DNA of 63,799 bases, the filler included, from Cladosporium halotolerans (lineage: Eukaryota), in NCBI RefSeq assembly GCF_011745625.1. It is 32 parts of 32 records of this genome, joined end to end, with 100 filler letters (N's around TTAATTAATTAA, not from the genome) between each part and the next. Parts side by side here need not be neighbours in the genome. Positions count along the whole stretch, not along the records: positions 13,036 to 15,060 come from NW_027191791.1; positions 15,161 to 17,166 come from NW_027191792.1; positions 17,267 to 19,268 come from NW_027191793.1; positions 19,369 to 21,369 come from NW_027191794.1; positions 21,470 to 23,459 come from NW_027191795.1; 27 more parts are not named here. One strand, written 5' to 3'. Below are positions 13,036 through 23,459 of the stretch, piece by piece. The notes under the pieces were generated by a model. That model was not told the DNA's origin and ran no database searches. It saw only the letters and a list, made by a program, of their open reading frames with translations. Positions within the stretch are counted from its first letter, which is position 1; the number at the start of each line of letters is the position of its first letter. Position numbers and translations under genes: made by a program.

Positions 13036-13132
13036 CTTGATCATGACCCTTTGGCTTGCTTGCTTGCTTGGTGCTCAAAATAGCCAAGCGCAAGCAAGCC
13101 GCTCGTACTGGACTTGCTTGTGGACACCACTG
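13036..13132 (-). mobile_element. hAT family A terminus
   Basis: Reverse complement starts CAGTGGTGTCCACAAGCAAG; (TTGC)n subterminal repeats. Confidence 0.8.
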
Positions 13133-14250
13133 GTCTGCGGGTTTCTGTTGCTGCCGACTCCACCTAAGAGCTCATGTCTTTCCGCTATTTCGGCTTGAGA
13201 ATGGGAGGCTTCGATCTCAAAGCATATAGCACTGGGTGGCGTAGTAAGTTGATGCGAAGGATGGGTGGCAACTCTAATGGGGAACGACCAATGGCTGACT
13301 GGCGCACCAAGTAAAGCCGCCGGGGTGGGAGGAGCTTCAACACCGACTCCACTGCTTGACGGCGAGCGGCAACTCTGGTAATTGTCATCGCACGTATTTT
13401 CAGTCAAGCACGGGAGGTCTTGTTGTTTGCGAGAGCTGATCTCTGAGAACATTGTATCTGAATCTGGTGTTCGAGGGGTAAGCGGCTCTGGTGTAGGTGC
13501 ACGGGGAGACCTTCGCCCGTGTTGGTATTGGAGTGTTTGCTCATTGTCTGGTAGCGGAGTCTGAATGTCATACTCGATTCCTGGAGCCAGGGATAAGGCG
13601 TGTAGGCTGGAAGACTGAAGTGGATTCTGTTGATTATTCGCAGCGACGAAAGCTTTGCTCGTCTCTTTTCCGTGGTCGGATTCCGACGAACGCACAGTCC
13701 CCTGAGTAAGACGAAAGTTGCGAGAATCATGGCTCATAGAATTAGTCTCTCTTTCCCCACCCCGGGTTTCGTCTCGACCGTCGGCCGCTTGCAACAGGAT
13801 CATATCCTTCTGCTTCTTCTGATTGCTGTATGCCACTGAAACTTTCTTAGCCACCCATTCCAAGAAGGCCTGCCAGTGTCTCCAATATGTTTCTTCCTCC
13901 CTCTTCACCAAGTTCCCATTCCAGATATTGGTGAGAACTTCCTCCGAAAATATGAAAGAATTCCCTGGTGCAAGCCACGTGCATCCCAACTGATCTTTCG
14001 GCCACAATAGAGGTCCAAATTTAGCATATAGCCGGGTGGCACGGTCAATGAATGGTTTGGACTTCAGATACTTTTGGCGGGCTTTGTGGTTCTTCGAAAG
14101 TCTGGTCACAAGCTTATAGACCTTGCCTTTGAAGACTTTGAACATTTCGGATCCGGTTGCTTCTCGATCCTGCAGCACACCCCTTTTGTTGTTTTTAAAA
14201 CCAAGTCGTGTCTCCGGGCGTTCCGACGAAGTTTCAGCGATCCCATCCAT
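13075..14250 (-). CDS. Hypothetical protein (391 aa); C-terminus runs into the hAT end
   Basis: Long ATG-initiated ORF; last about 18 codons lie inside the transposon terminus. Confidence 0.55.
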   Translation of the reverse strand: MDGIAETSSERPETRLGFKNNKRGVLQDREATGSEMFKVFKGKVYKLVTRLSKNHKARQKYLKSKPFIDRATRLYAKFGPLLWPKDQLGCTWLAPGNSFIFSEEVLTNIWNGNLVKREEETYWRHWQAFLEWVAKKVSVAYSNQKKQKDMILLQAADGRDETRGGERETNSMSHDSRNFRLTQGTVRSSESDHGKETSKAFVAANNQQNPLQSSSLHALSLAPGIEYDIQTPLPDNEQTLQYQHGRRSPRAPTPEPLTPRTPDSDTMFSEISSRKQQDLPCLTENTCDDNYQSCRSPSSSGVGVEAPPTPAALLGAPVSHWSFPIRVATHPSHQLTTPPSAICFEIEASHSQAEIAERHELLGGVGSNRNPQTSGVHKQVQYERLACAWLF

Positions 14251-14961
14251 GGTTTTCGTACGCTCGAGAAAACAAGAGTAGGATAATCACGACGACCGAG
14301 TGTCAGAGCAGGTTCGCCCGATGCGTGATAAGAGAAAATGATCCGGCAGTACGGGTTCCAATGCCTTCTTCAACCTTGGGTGTGCCATTTCTCGCCTCAA
14401 ATATCTGTGCGGATGATCTCGCTTAGCATGGGTGGTGTTTCCAGTATGGGCCACGTCAATTATGCGAGAGCCAACAGCCGAGACTTGGTGCCTGCTAGCG
14501 CGCTCACTGATGTGAAGCGGCTGCAGAGAAGACAGGGGACAAGATAGCACGGCCACATCAGCTGTGGTGGACAATAGAGCTTGTCCCTGTTGGCACATGT
14601 AAACACCGAATGAAGGCCCGTCAGCCCTATACCGGTAGAAGGCCTGTCGATGGTAAGCTTCCTGTCAGCAGCTTTGTGTAAGCACTTGCCCTATAAGTTG
14701 AGCCGGAGCATTATACCATCGGTTCCCCATGGCAAAAGCTCCTCATCAGCCGGCCGTTCCTGTCTGCTACAGATCTGCACAGGGTCGGCACTCAGCTTGC
14801 AGAGATCGTGAAACACGGGGCATATGCCGTATGCATGCAGAATCCCATCGCACTCAGCTACGCTTGGCCGTTACCATAGACGGGTCGATTGACAGATCTT
14901 GGACTTCAGCCCCTGCGTCATGCGCATGCTCCAATGTCGCAGTCCGGCTGTCAGGCAAGAC

Positions 14962-15060
14962 CAGTGGTGTCCACAAGCAAGCAAGCGCCATGCTTGAGGT
15001 CCGCCCGCTTGCTTGCTTGATTTGGGGTCGTGTGCTTGCTTGCTTGCTTGATTCGACCGA
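14962..15060 (+). mobile_element. hAT family A terminus (opposite end type)
   Basis: CAGTGGTGTCCACAAGCAAGCAAG plus (TTGC)n; near-identical to 21271 and 35557. Confidence 0.85.
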
Positions 15061-15160
15061 NNNNNNNNNNNNNNNNNNNNNNNNNNNNNNNNNNNNNNNN
15101 NNNNTTAATTAATTAANNNNNNNNNNNNNNNNNNNNNNNNNNNNNNNNNNNNNNNNNNNN

Positions 15161-16983
15161 ATGGAATCTGCCCCTTCTGCCAAATTTGGTGGCCCGTGCC
15201 TCCCATACATTATCATGGAATCTGCCCCGGAATCTTTGAAGGATTGTGGATAGGGTTAGGGTTGGGGTAAAGTATCAAAACGCGCCTAGTCCTATAAGGC
15301 TTTATCACTAGCTAATAAACGCGCGTAGGTACGCGCTAGTACCGAAGTCGCGTCGCGCGCGTTTCCTTACGCCCCGAGTATATCGGCTATTGCCTAGGAA
15401 TAAGGCTAAGATAATATCATAGTTAAGCTTAGAGATCGTAGAGAATATTAATAGCTAAAATCGATCTAGCGACTTAGATCTTAAAGAGCTATAGATCCCT
15501 AGTTCTCATAACTTAGACTAGCGGCGTCTAAAAGGTTATAAGGCGGCCTATAATATTAAGAAGAATCCGTCTTAGATTTAGTAGTATGGCTACCGGCTTT
15601 AGAACGAAGATAAGCTAGAGTCCTAGCTTTATAAGCGATACTACTATAGGCCGGTAAAACGCCCGTTTCCTAAAGGCTATATATTCTAGATAACGCGCGT
15701 AACTTCTACCGTAGCGTAATATATAATAAAATAGTATTCGATTAGCGAGAATAGGAAAGTGACACCTTTATAATCGCCGTCGAAGAGGAGGAAGCTGGAA
15801 GACTATAACTTTGGCATAAATACGGCGTAATAATAGAGCGTCTTATCCTTCGACCGTAACCGATTTCGCACCTTACTACTCGAGTAGATTATTACCGATA
15901 GTATCCTTTTCCGAAAGATAGAATCCGAGCACTTCTATCAGCTATTAACTTTCACTAGCTATAACTTACGTTTAGAAGATTATCTCCCAAGTCGCACGAC
16001 GCTTTCGAGATAGGTTAGCAAAGTATACGACTAGTAGTTCGTCGCTATTAAGGAAGTAGTCTAGTCGGCTACGATACGGATCAATTTATCCTTTAACCTA
16101 TAGACGTCGTATAACCAACTTACGTTATTAGGTCTAGTTATATATTTCCTTAACTACTCGGGAGTACTAAGAATAGTTCTACTTAGCCTACCTCGCTAGA
16201 AAGGTAGATATTACGGGTAAGGGATATCCGGGATAATCGCTAAAGTTATTCGCGAATTTAACGTTAGTAATAAGCTTAGCTACTTTATTATAGATAATAC
16301 GTCGAATAACGTAATATACCTCTAATTTCTCGGCGAAGAGTTTAACTTTAGCGCTCTTAAGCGCTATATACGCTACGCCGGCTATATCTTAAACTTTATC
16401 GCGAAAGCTATTCTCTTCAGAAGCGATATCGACGCCTTCGAGTACGAGCTTTAAGATCTTAACGTTGAAGAATAAGAGCTCGGTAGGTGGCGAAAGAAAG
16501 GGCCTATAGGAAGGCTATATAATATCGTTAAGTATATAATAGTATCCTCGTAACGTATTAAAGCTTTCGAAGATATCTAGTATAAGAATATAGTAGACGA
16601 GAACGGTAGCGCTATCCTAAAGCTCGTTAAAGATAACTTTACTAAGTAGAACTCCTTCGACGATTATATAGGGTATACTATAGGACTACGTAGGTCTATC
16701 GATAACTTTATCGAGGAGGAGCGCGACATTTAGATTAATTACTAAAGGCGCCTCGACTAGAAGCGCCACGAAAAGCGATACGCGAGGGGTAAGGAACCCT
16801 CGATCCTATAAGATTAGCTTTCGTCTAACGACTAGAGTATAGTAGTATAGTACCATAAGATACTTCAACCGTTTAAGAGCGCGACTCTATACCTCTAAGG
16901 CTAGATCGGAGGTTGCACTAGCGCCATATAGCAGGTCCTGCCGGTATTCGAACACCTGCTTACTCACCTGAAGGATCAACGAT
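15161..16983 (+). pseudogene. RIP-inactivated hAT transposon
   Basis: TpA-rich, CpA/TpG-poor, CpG retained; about 16488 translates WRKKGPIGRLYNIVKYI, matching WRRKGPCGKLHNIVKYI of the hAT at 43592-45422; subterminal ATGGAATCTGCCCC x2. Confidence 0.9.
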
Positions 16984-17166
16984 CAGGGTGGGCAAGGAAC
17001 AAACGAACACCGAACAGGCGTAGTGCTCGTTCGTTCGGCTTCTTGGACAGGTTTTGTTCATTTGTTTAGGGTCCACTCGGATGTTCGTCGTTCGTTCGGT
17101 GCACGGTCCTCCCGGGTGCTCGGGAGTGTAAGAAGCTTATGTCCATCACAGTAGTCCTTCCGAGTA
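16984..17166 (+). mobile_element. Probable hAT family D terminus inserted in the RIPed element
   Basis: Abrupt start CAGGGTGGGCAAGGAAC followed by GAAC/GTTC(G) subterminal repeats. Confidence 0.6.
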
Positions 17167-17266
17167 NNNNNNNNNNNNNNNNNNNNNNNNNNNNNNNNNN
17201 NNNNNNNNNNTTAATTAATTAANNNNNNNNNNNNNNNNNNNNNNNNNNNNNNNNNNNNNNNNNNNN

Positions 17267-18015
17267 ACATTCGGGGAAGCAGTGCGCAGAATCGACGCTG
17301 CGTGGCCTGGCAACCACACTCGGCGCATGTACGACGAGCTCAGCAAAAGACAGGCGAGTGTCCTCTCGCAGCTCCGCACAGGGATGACACCACTGAACAT
17401 GTGCTTGCACAACATCAAAGCAGTGGAAAAATGCGGCGAGGCAGTCGAGTCGAGAGAACATTTCATCTTTCACTGTGTCAGGTGGAGCGAACAACGGCAG
17501 ATTTTGGGCATATGGACAGGCGATGAGGACCTCCCGCGTCTGCTCGGAGGTAGTGTCTCGACAGATATCGATGACTGGACACCGGACATGGATGCAGTGC
17601 GAGCTGTGATACATTTCACCCTGGCTACCAAACGGTTCGAACGAGACACCAGCGCGCGAGGGCGAACGACGATGTAGAAGATTATCAGCGACGACCCGAA
17701 ACCCCGTACCCTACTAACCATAAACTTCGCACACCAACCACGCACCCTCGTGCACACGGCAGGCCCCCGCTTCATCTGCTGAAGATAGGACGATGAACAC
17801 TTGGAAACACATCTTCAAGAACACCCGCCGACCAGTAATCACGAGCCTTCCAAAGTGAGAGAAATACATGTCGATGGCTTGACTTCAATGGTGAAGGACA
17901 ATGAGTTTGGGAGCTTTGTTTCAACCCCACCAAGATAGGACGTAAACTTTGAGACGTAAATAGTGCGTTGCCCTTTAGGTGCTTAGCGCCGGGCGGAATA
18001 AAGTTCATCATCATC
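17267..18015 (+). mobile_element. LINE 3' end (same family as 6596-7846)
   Basis: RRIDAAWPGNHTRRMYDELSKRQAS...TLATKRFE; tail GGCGGAATAAAGTTCATCATCATC. Confidence 0.9.
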
Positions 18016-18035
18016 GACAAGACGTGTAAACAAGG

Positions 18036-18199
18036 TGTTGATCAATTTCTGATCAGTAGCATCGTACGCAAGATCATTCCCATACATTCTCTACATTCTG
18101 GAGGTAAGGACTGTATATATGTAGCCAACCTGAAACACTAGCGTATGATGAGCTGATAACAGCTGCAGTGTTAAAGGGCAGGAACCCAGTTTCACAACA
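18036..18199 (-). mobile_element. Solo LTR (164 bp) with 5-bp target site duplication
   Basis: TGTTG...CAACA termini flanked by CAAGG at 18031-18035 and 18200-18204; second partial copy at 23298; orientation tentative. Confidence 0.85.
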
Positions 18200-18249
18200 C
18201 AAGGCGATACACTATGGCATTGCAAAAGACAGCCTGCTGCGTCATGCGG

Positions 18250-18441
18250 TGTCAAGCGTTCTGTGATGCGCACCTTCGTGCGAAGAAGACGGTACCTTAG
18301 ATAGGGTCTATGAATAGGACGTAGCTCGAAGAGCTACAAGTGAGGGTTAGAGCGGGATTCTTAGGTGAAGCCGACGCTCGGCTTACCTGCTATTCTATAG
18401 TCACGAACATTATCGGCATACCACGGGCTTGGCCCGTAACA
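18250..18441 (-). mobile_element. LTR-like remnant
   Basis: Reverse complement TGTTACGGG...TGACA; shares two hairpin motifs with the LTR at 18546; left boundary uncertain. Confidence 0.55.
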
Positions 18442-18545
18442 TTTATATTTGGAATATAAAGGCATCAACTTAAAGATCTAGACCTTAAATTGAATTTGAA
18501 TTAGAAGCATGAAGTAAGGAGTGCTTTAGTAAACTGTAATATATG

Positions 18546-18779
18546 TGTCACGGTCGGGATCCCGGATCCCGTGATATTGCTTATAGTGCTTGAGAAGGCA
18601 GGTAAGCCGAGCTCCGGCTTGACATGCGCTTCTCCTTTCTATATGTTTGTAGCTCTTCGAGCTACGTCCTCGTCATTCAAGCAGCCACCGGGTTGCGACC
18701 GAGACCGTACGTAGCTCTGTATCTGATCTGATTGGCAACTATACCTACGTACTGCGCACACTGCCTCCCGCCCGTGACA
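18546..18779 (+). mobile_element. Solo LTR-like element (234 bp)
   Basis: 8-bp terminal inverted repeat TGTCACGG...CCGTGACA; no TSD seen. Confidence 0.7.
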
Positions 18780-18881
18780 GCAGAGATGCGTCTAGATAGT
18801 GCGAAGTCACACCTAGAAAGTCAAGGCCGTTATCGGCGGTCCAATTGTCGACGTTATGCTGCTGCTGGCTGCCCGCCTCAG

Positions 18882-19171
18882 CATAGATCTTGAATCTTGA
18901 ATATTCAGAATCAGAGAGAGCTCAATCAGAAATCAAATCAATCAGGTGGGCACTCAATCAGAAATCAATCGCCAATCAGGTGTCATTCATAGCCATCATT
19001 ATCGTCGCTGTCCATGATATTGCCGTCAACCTTCATATCAGCAATTCCTTTTCTCTGCCAGTCTTTGAACAGCTCTAGACGCCCGATCGTGGCACCATTC
19101 AATTGGGAACGATCCCACGAGGTCGTTCGCCTTGCACTACTGAATGTCCGTTCAGACTCTGCACTCATCGC
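18882..19171 (-). mobile_element. hAT family C 3' end with transposase C-terminus
   Basis: TIR CATAGATCTTGAATCTTGAA; AMSAESERTFSSARRTTSW is homologous to the ORF ending at 47234. Confidence 0.9.
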
Positions 19172-19268
19172 CAGAGGTGTGCACAATCAATTTTTTACTT
19201 GACAACTTGATTGATTGATTGTTGACTAAGCAATCAATCAAGTTGCACCTCATGACCAATCAATCAAT
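19172..19268 (+). mobile_element. hAT family B terminus nested in the family C transposase
   Basis: CAGAGGTGTGCACAATCAA plus (CAAT/ATTG)n; reverse complement of 29736-29833. Confidence 0.8.
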
Positions 19269-19368
19269 NNNNNNNNNNNNNNNNNNNNNNNNNNNNNNNN
19301 NNNNNNNNNNNNTTAATTAATTAANNNNNNNNNNNNNNNNNNNNNNNNNNNNNNNNNNNNNNNNNNNN

Positions 19369-19467
19369 ATCTCTTCAAGGTGGACGTAGACTTTTAGACG
19401 TAAACAGAGTGTTGCCCTTTAGGTGCTTAGCGCCGGGCGGAATAAAGTTCATCATCATCATCATCAT
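19369..19467 (+). mobile_element. LINE 3' terminus with (CAT)6 tail
   Basis: CCCTTTAGGTGCTTAGCGCCGGGCGGAATAAAGTT(CAT)n, as at about 7805 and 17971. Confidence 0.85.
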
Positions 19468-20511
19468 GCCGCCGTCGACAGGAAGCGCAAAGCGTCAACT
19501 TGCCGATGTGATCCACAGCACGCGGTCGCTAGGCGCATTGAGGACGCCGCGGGACCGTTGCTGTTTGCTTCAACTCTTTCCAGATGATATAGATCCTTTG
19601 GCGCAGCACATTGGACACAGCACTAACAAATGTAAGACCTGTACGTTATGGAAGATGTGATCAATTCAGAGAGCTCAGCATGGTCTCAAATTCAGTCAGC
19701 CTCGCCGCCCAGCCGAACAGCGGAGAAGCCTGAACGCTTACCGCAATCGAGAGATGTCGGGAATGAATCCGGAAGTGCCATGACCCTGACGACAGAGGTC
19801 TGTCATAAACTTTCGTTGTCCAATCAGATGATAGGGGGCTTCCTGATAGGATTTGGCGATTCCTGCAAACTTATTGTGCAAGCGATACGTCTAATTCTCT
19901 ATGCCTGATGTTGGTGTTCCCGTTCCCGATGCAGAACAACGCCAATTTCGCACGCAGATTGATAATATGGCTCATTGAACATTTTCGACAACTTGTTAAG
20001 CTCTAAAACATCCGCCTTACCATGGTCAATCTGCAGAAGCGGACTTGTCCGGTCCGGCTCTCGCGAGCAGAACATCGGCAATGCAGATGAAGAAGTCTAA
20101 GCGTTGTGCAAGAACCGCTTTAAGTGCCAGTAAAGCGCTGTCATCGTGATCGAATGGATATGTAACACCGCATCACCTTCTCTAGAAGGAGGCCTTTATC
20201 TCTTTCGTCAAGGTACTCAAGTTACCTAGAGCTGCTTTTGAACAAGAATAATTCTATGTCTCTCCACGAAGTCCGTCTTAATCTCTTACCATAATATTGC
20301 CAATGTCTCGCGCAGAGGGTTTCACTGCTTCCAGGCATAGCGCCGAAGGGTTCATGGGTTCATCAGCTGATTCAATTCGCAAAAAGTATGTGATTGCTTC
20401 GAGCCCATAGTATTTGCTAAGCGTATGATAATCTCTCAAGTTGCCACCAAACGCAAACGGCTCCAAAGCCGCAGGCTTCACGCTACTGTGACAGAAGTCG
20501 TTCGCAAAGCA

Positions 20512-21236
20512 ATGGCGTATCAAAAATCTCGCGGCCGCAGTACTGTCCCACCGGATGCACAAGGCACTTTCACTGTGTTATGTAAGGCTTGCCATCTCAG
20601 ATACCGATCACCTATCGCTCATCACACCGATATTGACATCAACATTAATCCCAGTAAGCGCGGCACGTCTACGCCTACGCATCGGGAAGTGTCTCCTCAT
20701 GACAGCAATATTCGAACTTCGACACCGCCAGCCGATACTGAACAGCGACCTCAGAAGGACAACAATTGCAGACGTACATTGATTCGAACTGCATGCTTCA
20801 ATTGTAGGGCAAGGAAAGCGAAGGTAATGTTTTCGGTATGATTCGGACTCTTCTAAATCTCAGCTAACGAGTGGTGCAGTGTAACGGCTTACGGTGACAG
20901 ATACTCCACCGATTGCAAAGCGCGCGTTCCGACAGCTTCTGACTTCCTCACAGCCCGTCATGCTCCAATTGCCAAAAGCGAGACGTTGATTGTCAGTATT
21001 TCACGGATGAAGGGGAAACCCGGTGGGGCGCTTTACGTCGAAGGACGAATGTGCTCCAGCAAGAACGCGACGAAGCTTTCGAACTGGTGCAATTGTTACG
21101 TCGTTGCCCTGAGGGGGCTGTCCCGGACGTTCTCCGCTGTCTCAGGAACAGCCCCAGAGACACCAAAGAATCCTTGAGAACCATAAAAGCAGTGCTGGCG
21201 CCGGGGCCTTCTTCGAGACATTGTCGTTCAACATAG
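20512..21236 (+). CDS. Short Zn(II)2Cys6 transcription factor-like gene (start uncertain)
   Basis: Introns 20824-20879 and 20894-20953 restore CFNCRARKAKCNGLRPSCSNCQKRDVDC, followed by a coiled-coil-like segment. Confidence 0.8.
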
Positions 21237-21270
21237 CCACTTTATCAATACTCCGAAACCTATCGAGGAA

Positions 21271-21369
21271 CAGTGGTGTCCACAAGCAAGCAAGCGCCGT
21301 GCTTGAGGTCCGTCCGCTTGCTTGCTTGATATGCGGTATTGTGCTTGCTTGCTTGCTTGAATAGACCGA
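21271..21369 (+). mobile_element. hAT family A terminus
   Basis: Identical to 35557-35655. Confidence 0.85.
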
Positions 21370-21469
21370 NNNNNNNNNNNNNNNNNNNNNNNNNNNNNNN
21401 NNNNNNNNNNNNNTTAATTAATTAANNNNNNNNNNNNNNNNNNNNNNNNNNNNNNNNNNNNNNNNNNNN

Positions 21470-22078
21470 ATGCCGACGCTGAGATACAAGTCGGTAATAC
21501 CACGGTTCCGATCCATCGTCTTGTGCTTTGCTCACAAAGCGAATATTTTGCAAACGCACTAGAAGGCAGCTTCTCTGAGGGTAATAGCAAGAAACTGGTG
21601 TGCCCAGCAGAGAGAGAACCGGCATACCTACGAATGCTTGAATTTCTGTACACAGGTGACTATAGCCACGAAACATTCGAGGTGTTGAATCAAGAAGGTG
21701 CGAGGATATATCATGTCAGGTGCCTTGGATATCGCTGACTCGAAAGTAGACGATCCTGAAATCATGAAAGATGCCCGGGTCTACTTCCTTGCCGATCCGT
21801 ACATGCTGCAGGGCTTGAAAGAGTTGTCACTGGAAAAGTTCCGGTTGAGTTTTGCCGCACTTTGGGCAAGCGATGAGTTAGCAGAATGCATCGTAGAGAT
21901 ATACAGCAATACTGTGCATGAAGACAATGGCATTCGAGATGCAGTCATAGCTACGGTACAAAAGCACTGCAGACAGCTTTCGTCGAATGACGCCTTTCGA
22001 AACCTCATCGAAAGTAGAGGGAAGCTTGCCTCCGACCTGATCAGCGCTCTAAGTGCAAACATTCACAACTGGTATTGA
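21470..22078 (+). CDS. BTB/POZ domain protein (5' truncated by contig edge)
   Basis: ADAEIQVG...IHRLVLCSQSEYFANALEGSFSEG...MLEFLYTGDY; intron 21698-21749; VYFLADxYxLQGLKELS. Confidence 0.9.
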
Positions 22079-22522
22079 ACAGACATATTTGTATAGTAGA
22101 ATGGTTGCTTTCGTCATTCACGCAGCTGGCTTGAACATCCTGTCGAAACCAGGCTTATCTGCAATGGTGCACGCTGCGTCTGCCAGTTTTAGAAGCGCAT
22201 TTGATGTGCCCGAACGCCATTTAAGCACATGCAGCCATAAGCTGGATGGATTCAGACCATCGCTGCGATCTGCGCTCCTTTATCACAACCATTCATCAAG
22301 CCGAATTGCGTCCGGTCAGTAGCATTGCGCTTAGATCGGCAACATTGCTGCGGATATTGTGACCAACCCTGCTTTGCTCAATTATCGGGTGCCACGTGAA
22401 CCCTCATCCAATGCATACAGCTTCGCGCACCCTCGCTTAGAATTCGGCCCACTGTCGCAGCCGCCCGCGAGAACGCATGGCTTCACGATAAGTCAACTGT
22501 AGTCAACCAGTAGCGCAATTTC

Positions 22523-23284
22523 TTGACTCAACAAACCGTAGTCTGGTTTCGTCAAGCGCCCACACGAGATTCCATTTTGTGCGACCTGACTTTACCGAGG
22601 AAGCCTCCGGCTTTCCAACGTGCTTTCAGAAGCCAACTGTGGATCTTGATCGACAATACTCGACATCGTATATTCTTCTACAAAGAGCTATCTCGAAAGC
22701 TCTCTGGATATCTCTGCGCGCTCGGTCATACCTATCACGCCCTCGTCTCGAACAACTTGGAACGGTATGGAGCGACGCAATCCTGTAGCCGCAGAGACTA
22801 CATCATCCGTACTAATAAGCCACTTACTCAGCATTGCAGTCACCGATCCGCCAATGAGAAGTCGGAGTCATCGTTCAGGGACATGGCGTGCGTCGAAGTT
22901 CCCAAGGAGGGTTCAAATATGTTGCGCGTCAGAAAGCCATTTCAGTATGAAAGGGAGAGGTACTATATTGCGATGTCATACTCTTGTACACCTACACCTG
23001 GGCCCGAGGACACGAAGAAAGGTAGCTACGCTGTCTTCGGATCTCAAGGCAGATATCCTCGCCGTAGCAGGGTCCGCGACCAAGTACTTGAGCGAGTTTT
23101 CGCCTACGCCAAAGCAAAAGGCGTGCGCCGTTTCTGGGTGGCAAAGGAATGCAGTCCCCAACGTGATTCAGAAGAGAAACCAATTGGCATGGATTCAATG
23201 GATCTTGTCTACAGTGGGAGCAGATACACCATAGGCCTTTTGGTGATCATTCTACAAAACCAGAACGGAATCAATTGTCTCTAA
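22523..23284 (+). pseudogene. Degenerate/truncated HET-domain gene
   Basis: YIAMSY...FWVAKECSPQ...SMDLVYS (HET W-I-D motif altered); stops just before an LTR/LINE insertion. Confidence 0.7.
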
Positions 23285-23297
23285 GCACTGATGATGG

Positions 23298-23345
23298 TGT
23301 TGTGAAACTGGGTCCCTGCCCCTAAACACTGCAGCTGTTATCAGC
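23298..23345 (+). mobile_element. LTR fragment (family of 18036-18199) interrupted by a LINE
   Basis: TGTTGTGAAACTGGGTCCCTGCCCCTAAACACTGCAGCTGTTATCAGC matches the reverse complement of 18152-18199. Confidence 0.8.
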
Positions 23346-23459
23346 TTTTTTTTTTTTTTTTCATACTGCATTCAAGCTAAATAGCTTATGGCACGTCGGC
23401 TATCTTCGCGACAATCTCCATGGCTTCCAGGTTTGCTCCCGCCTTGATCTTTACTCGTA
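23346..23459 (-). mobile_element. Poly(A)-tailed LINE 3' end
   Basis: T16 followed by CATACTGCATTCAAGCTA...; same 3' end as 60354 onward. Confidence 0.85.
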
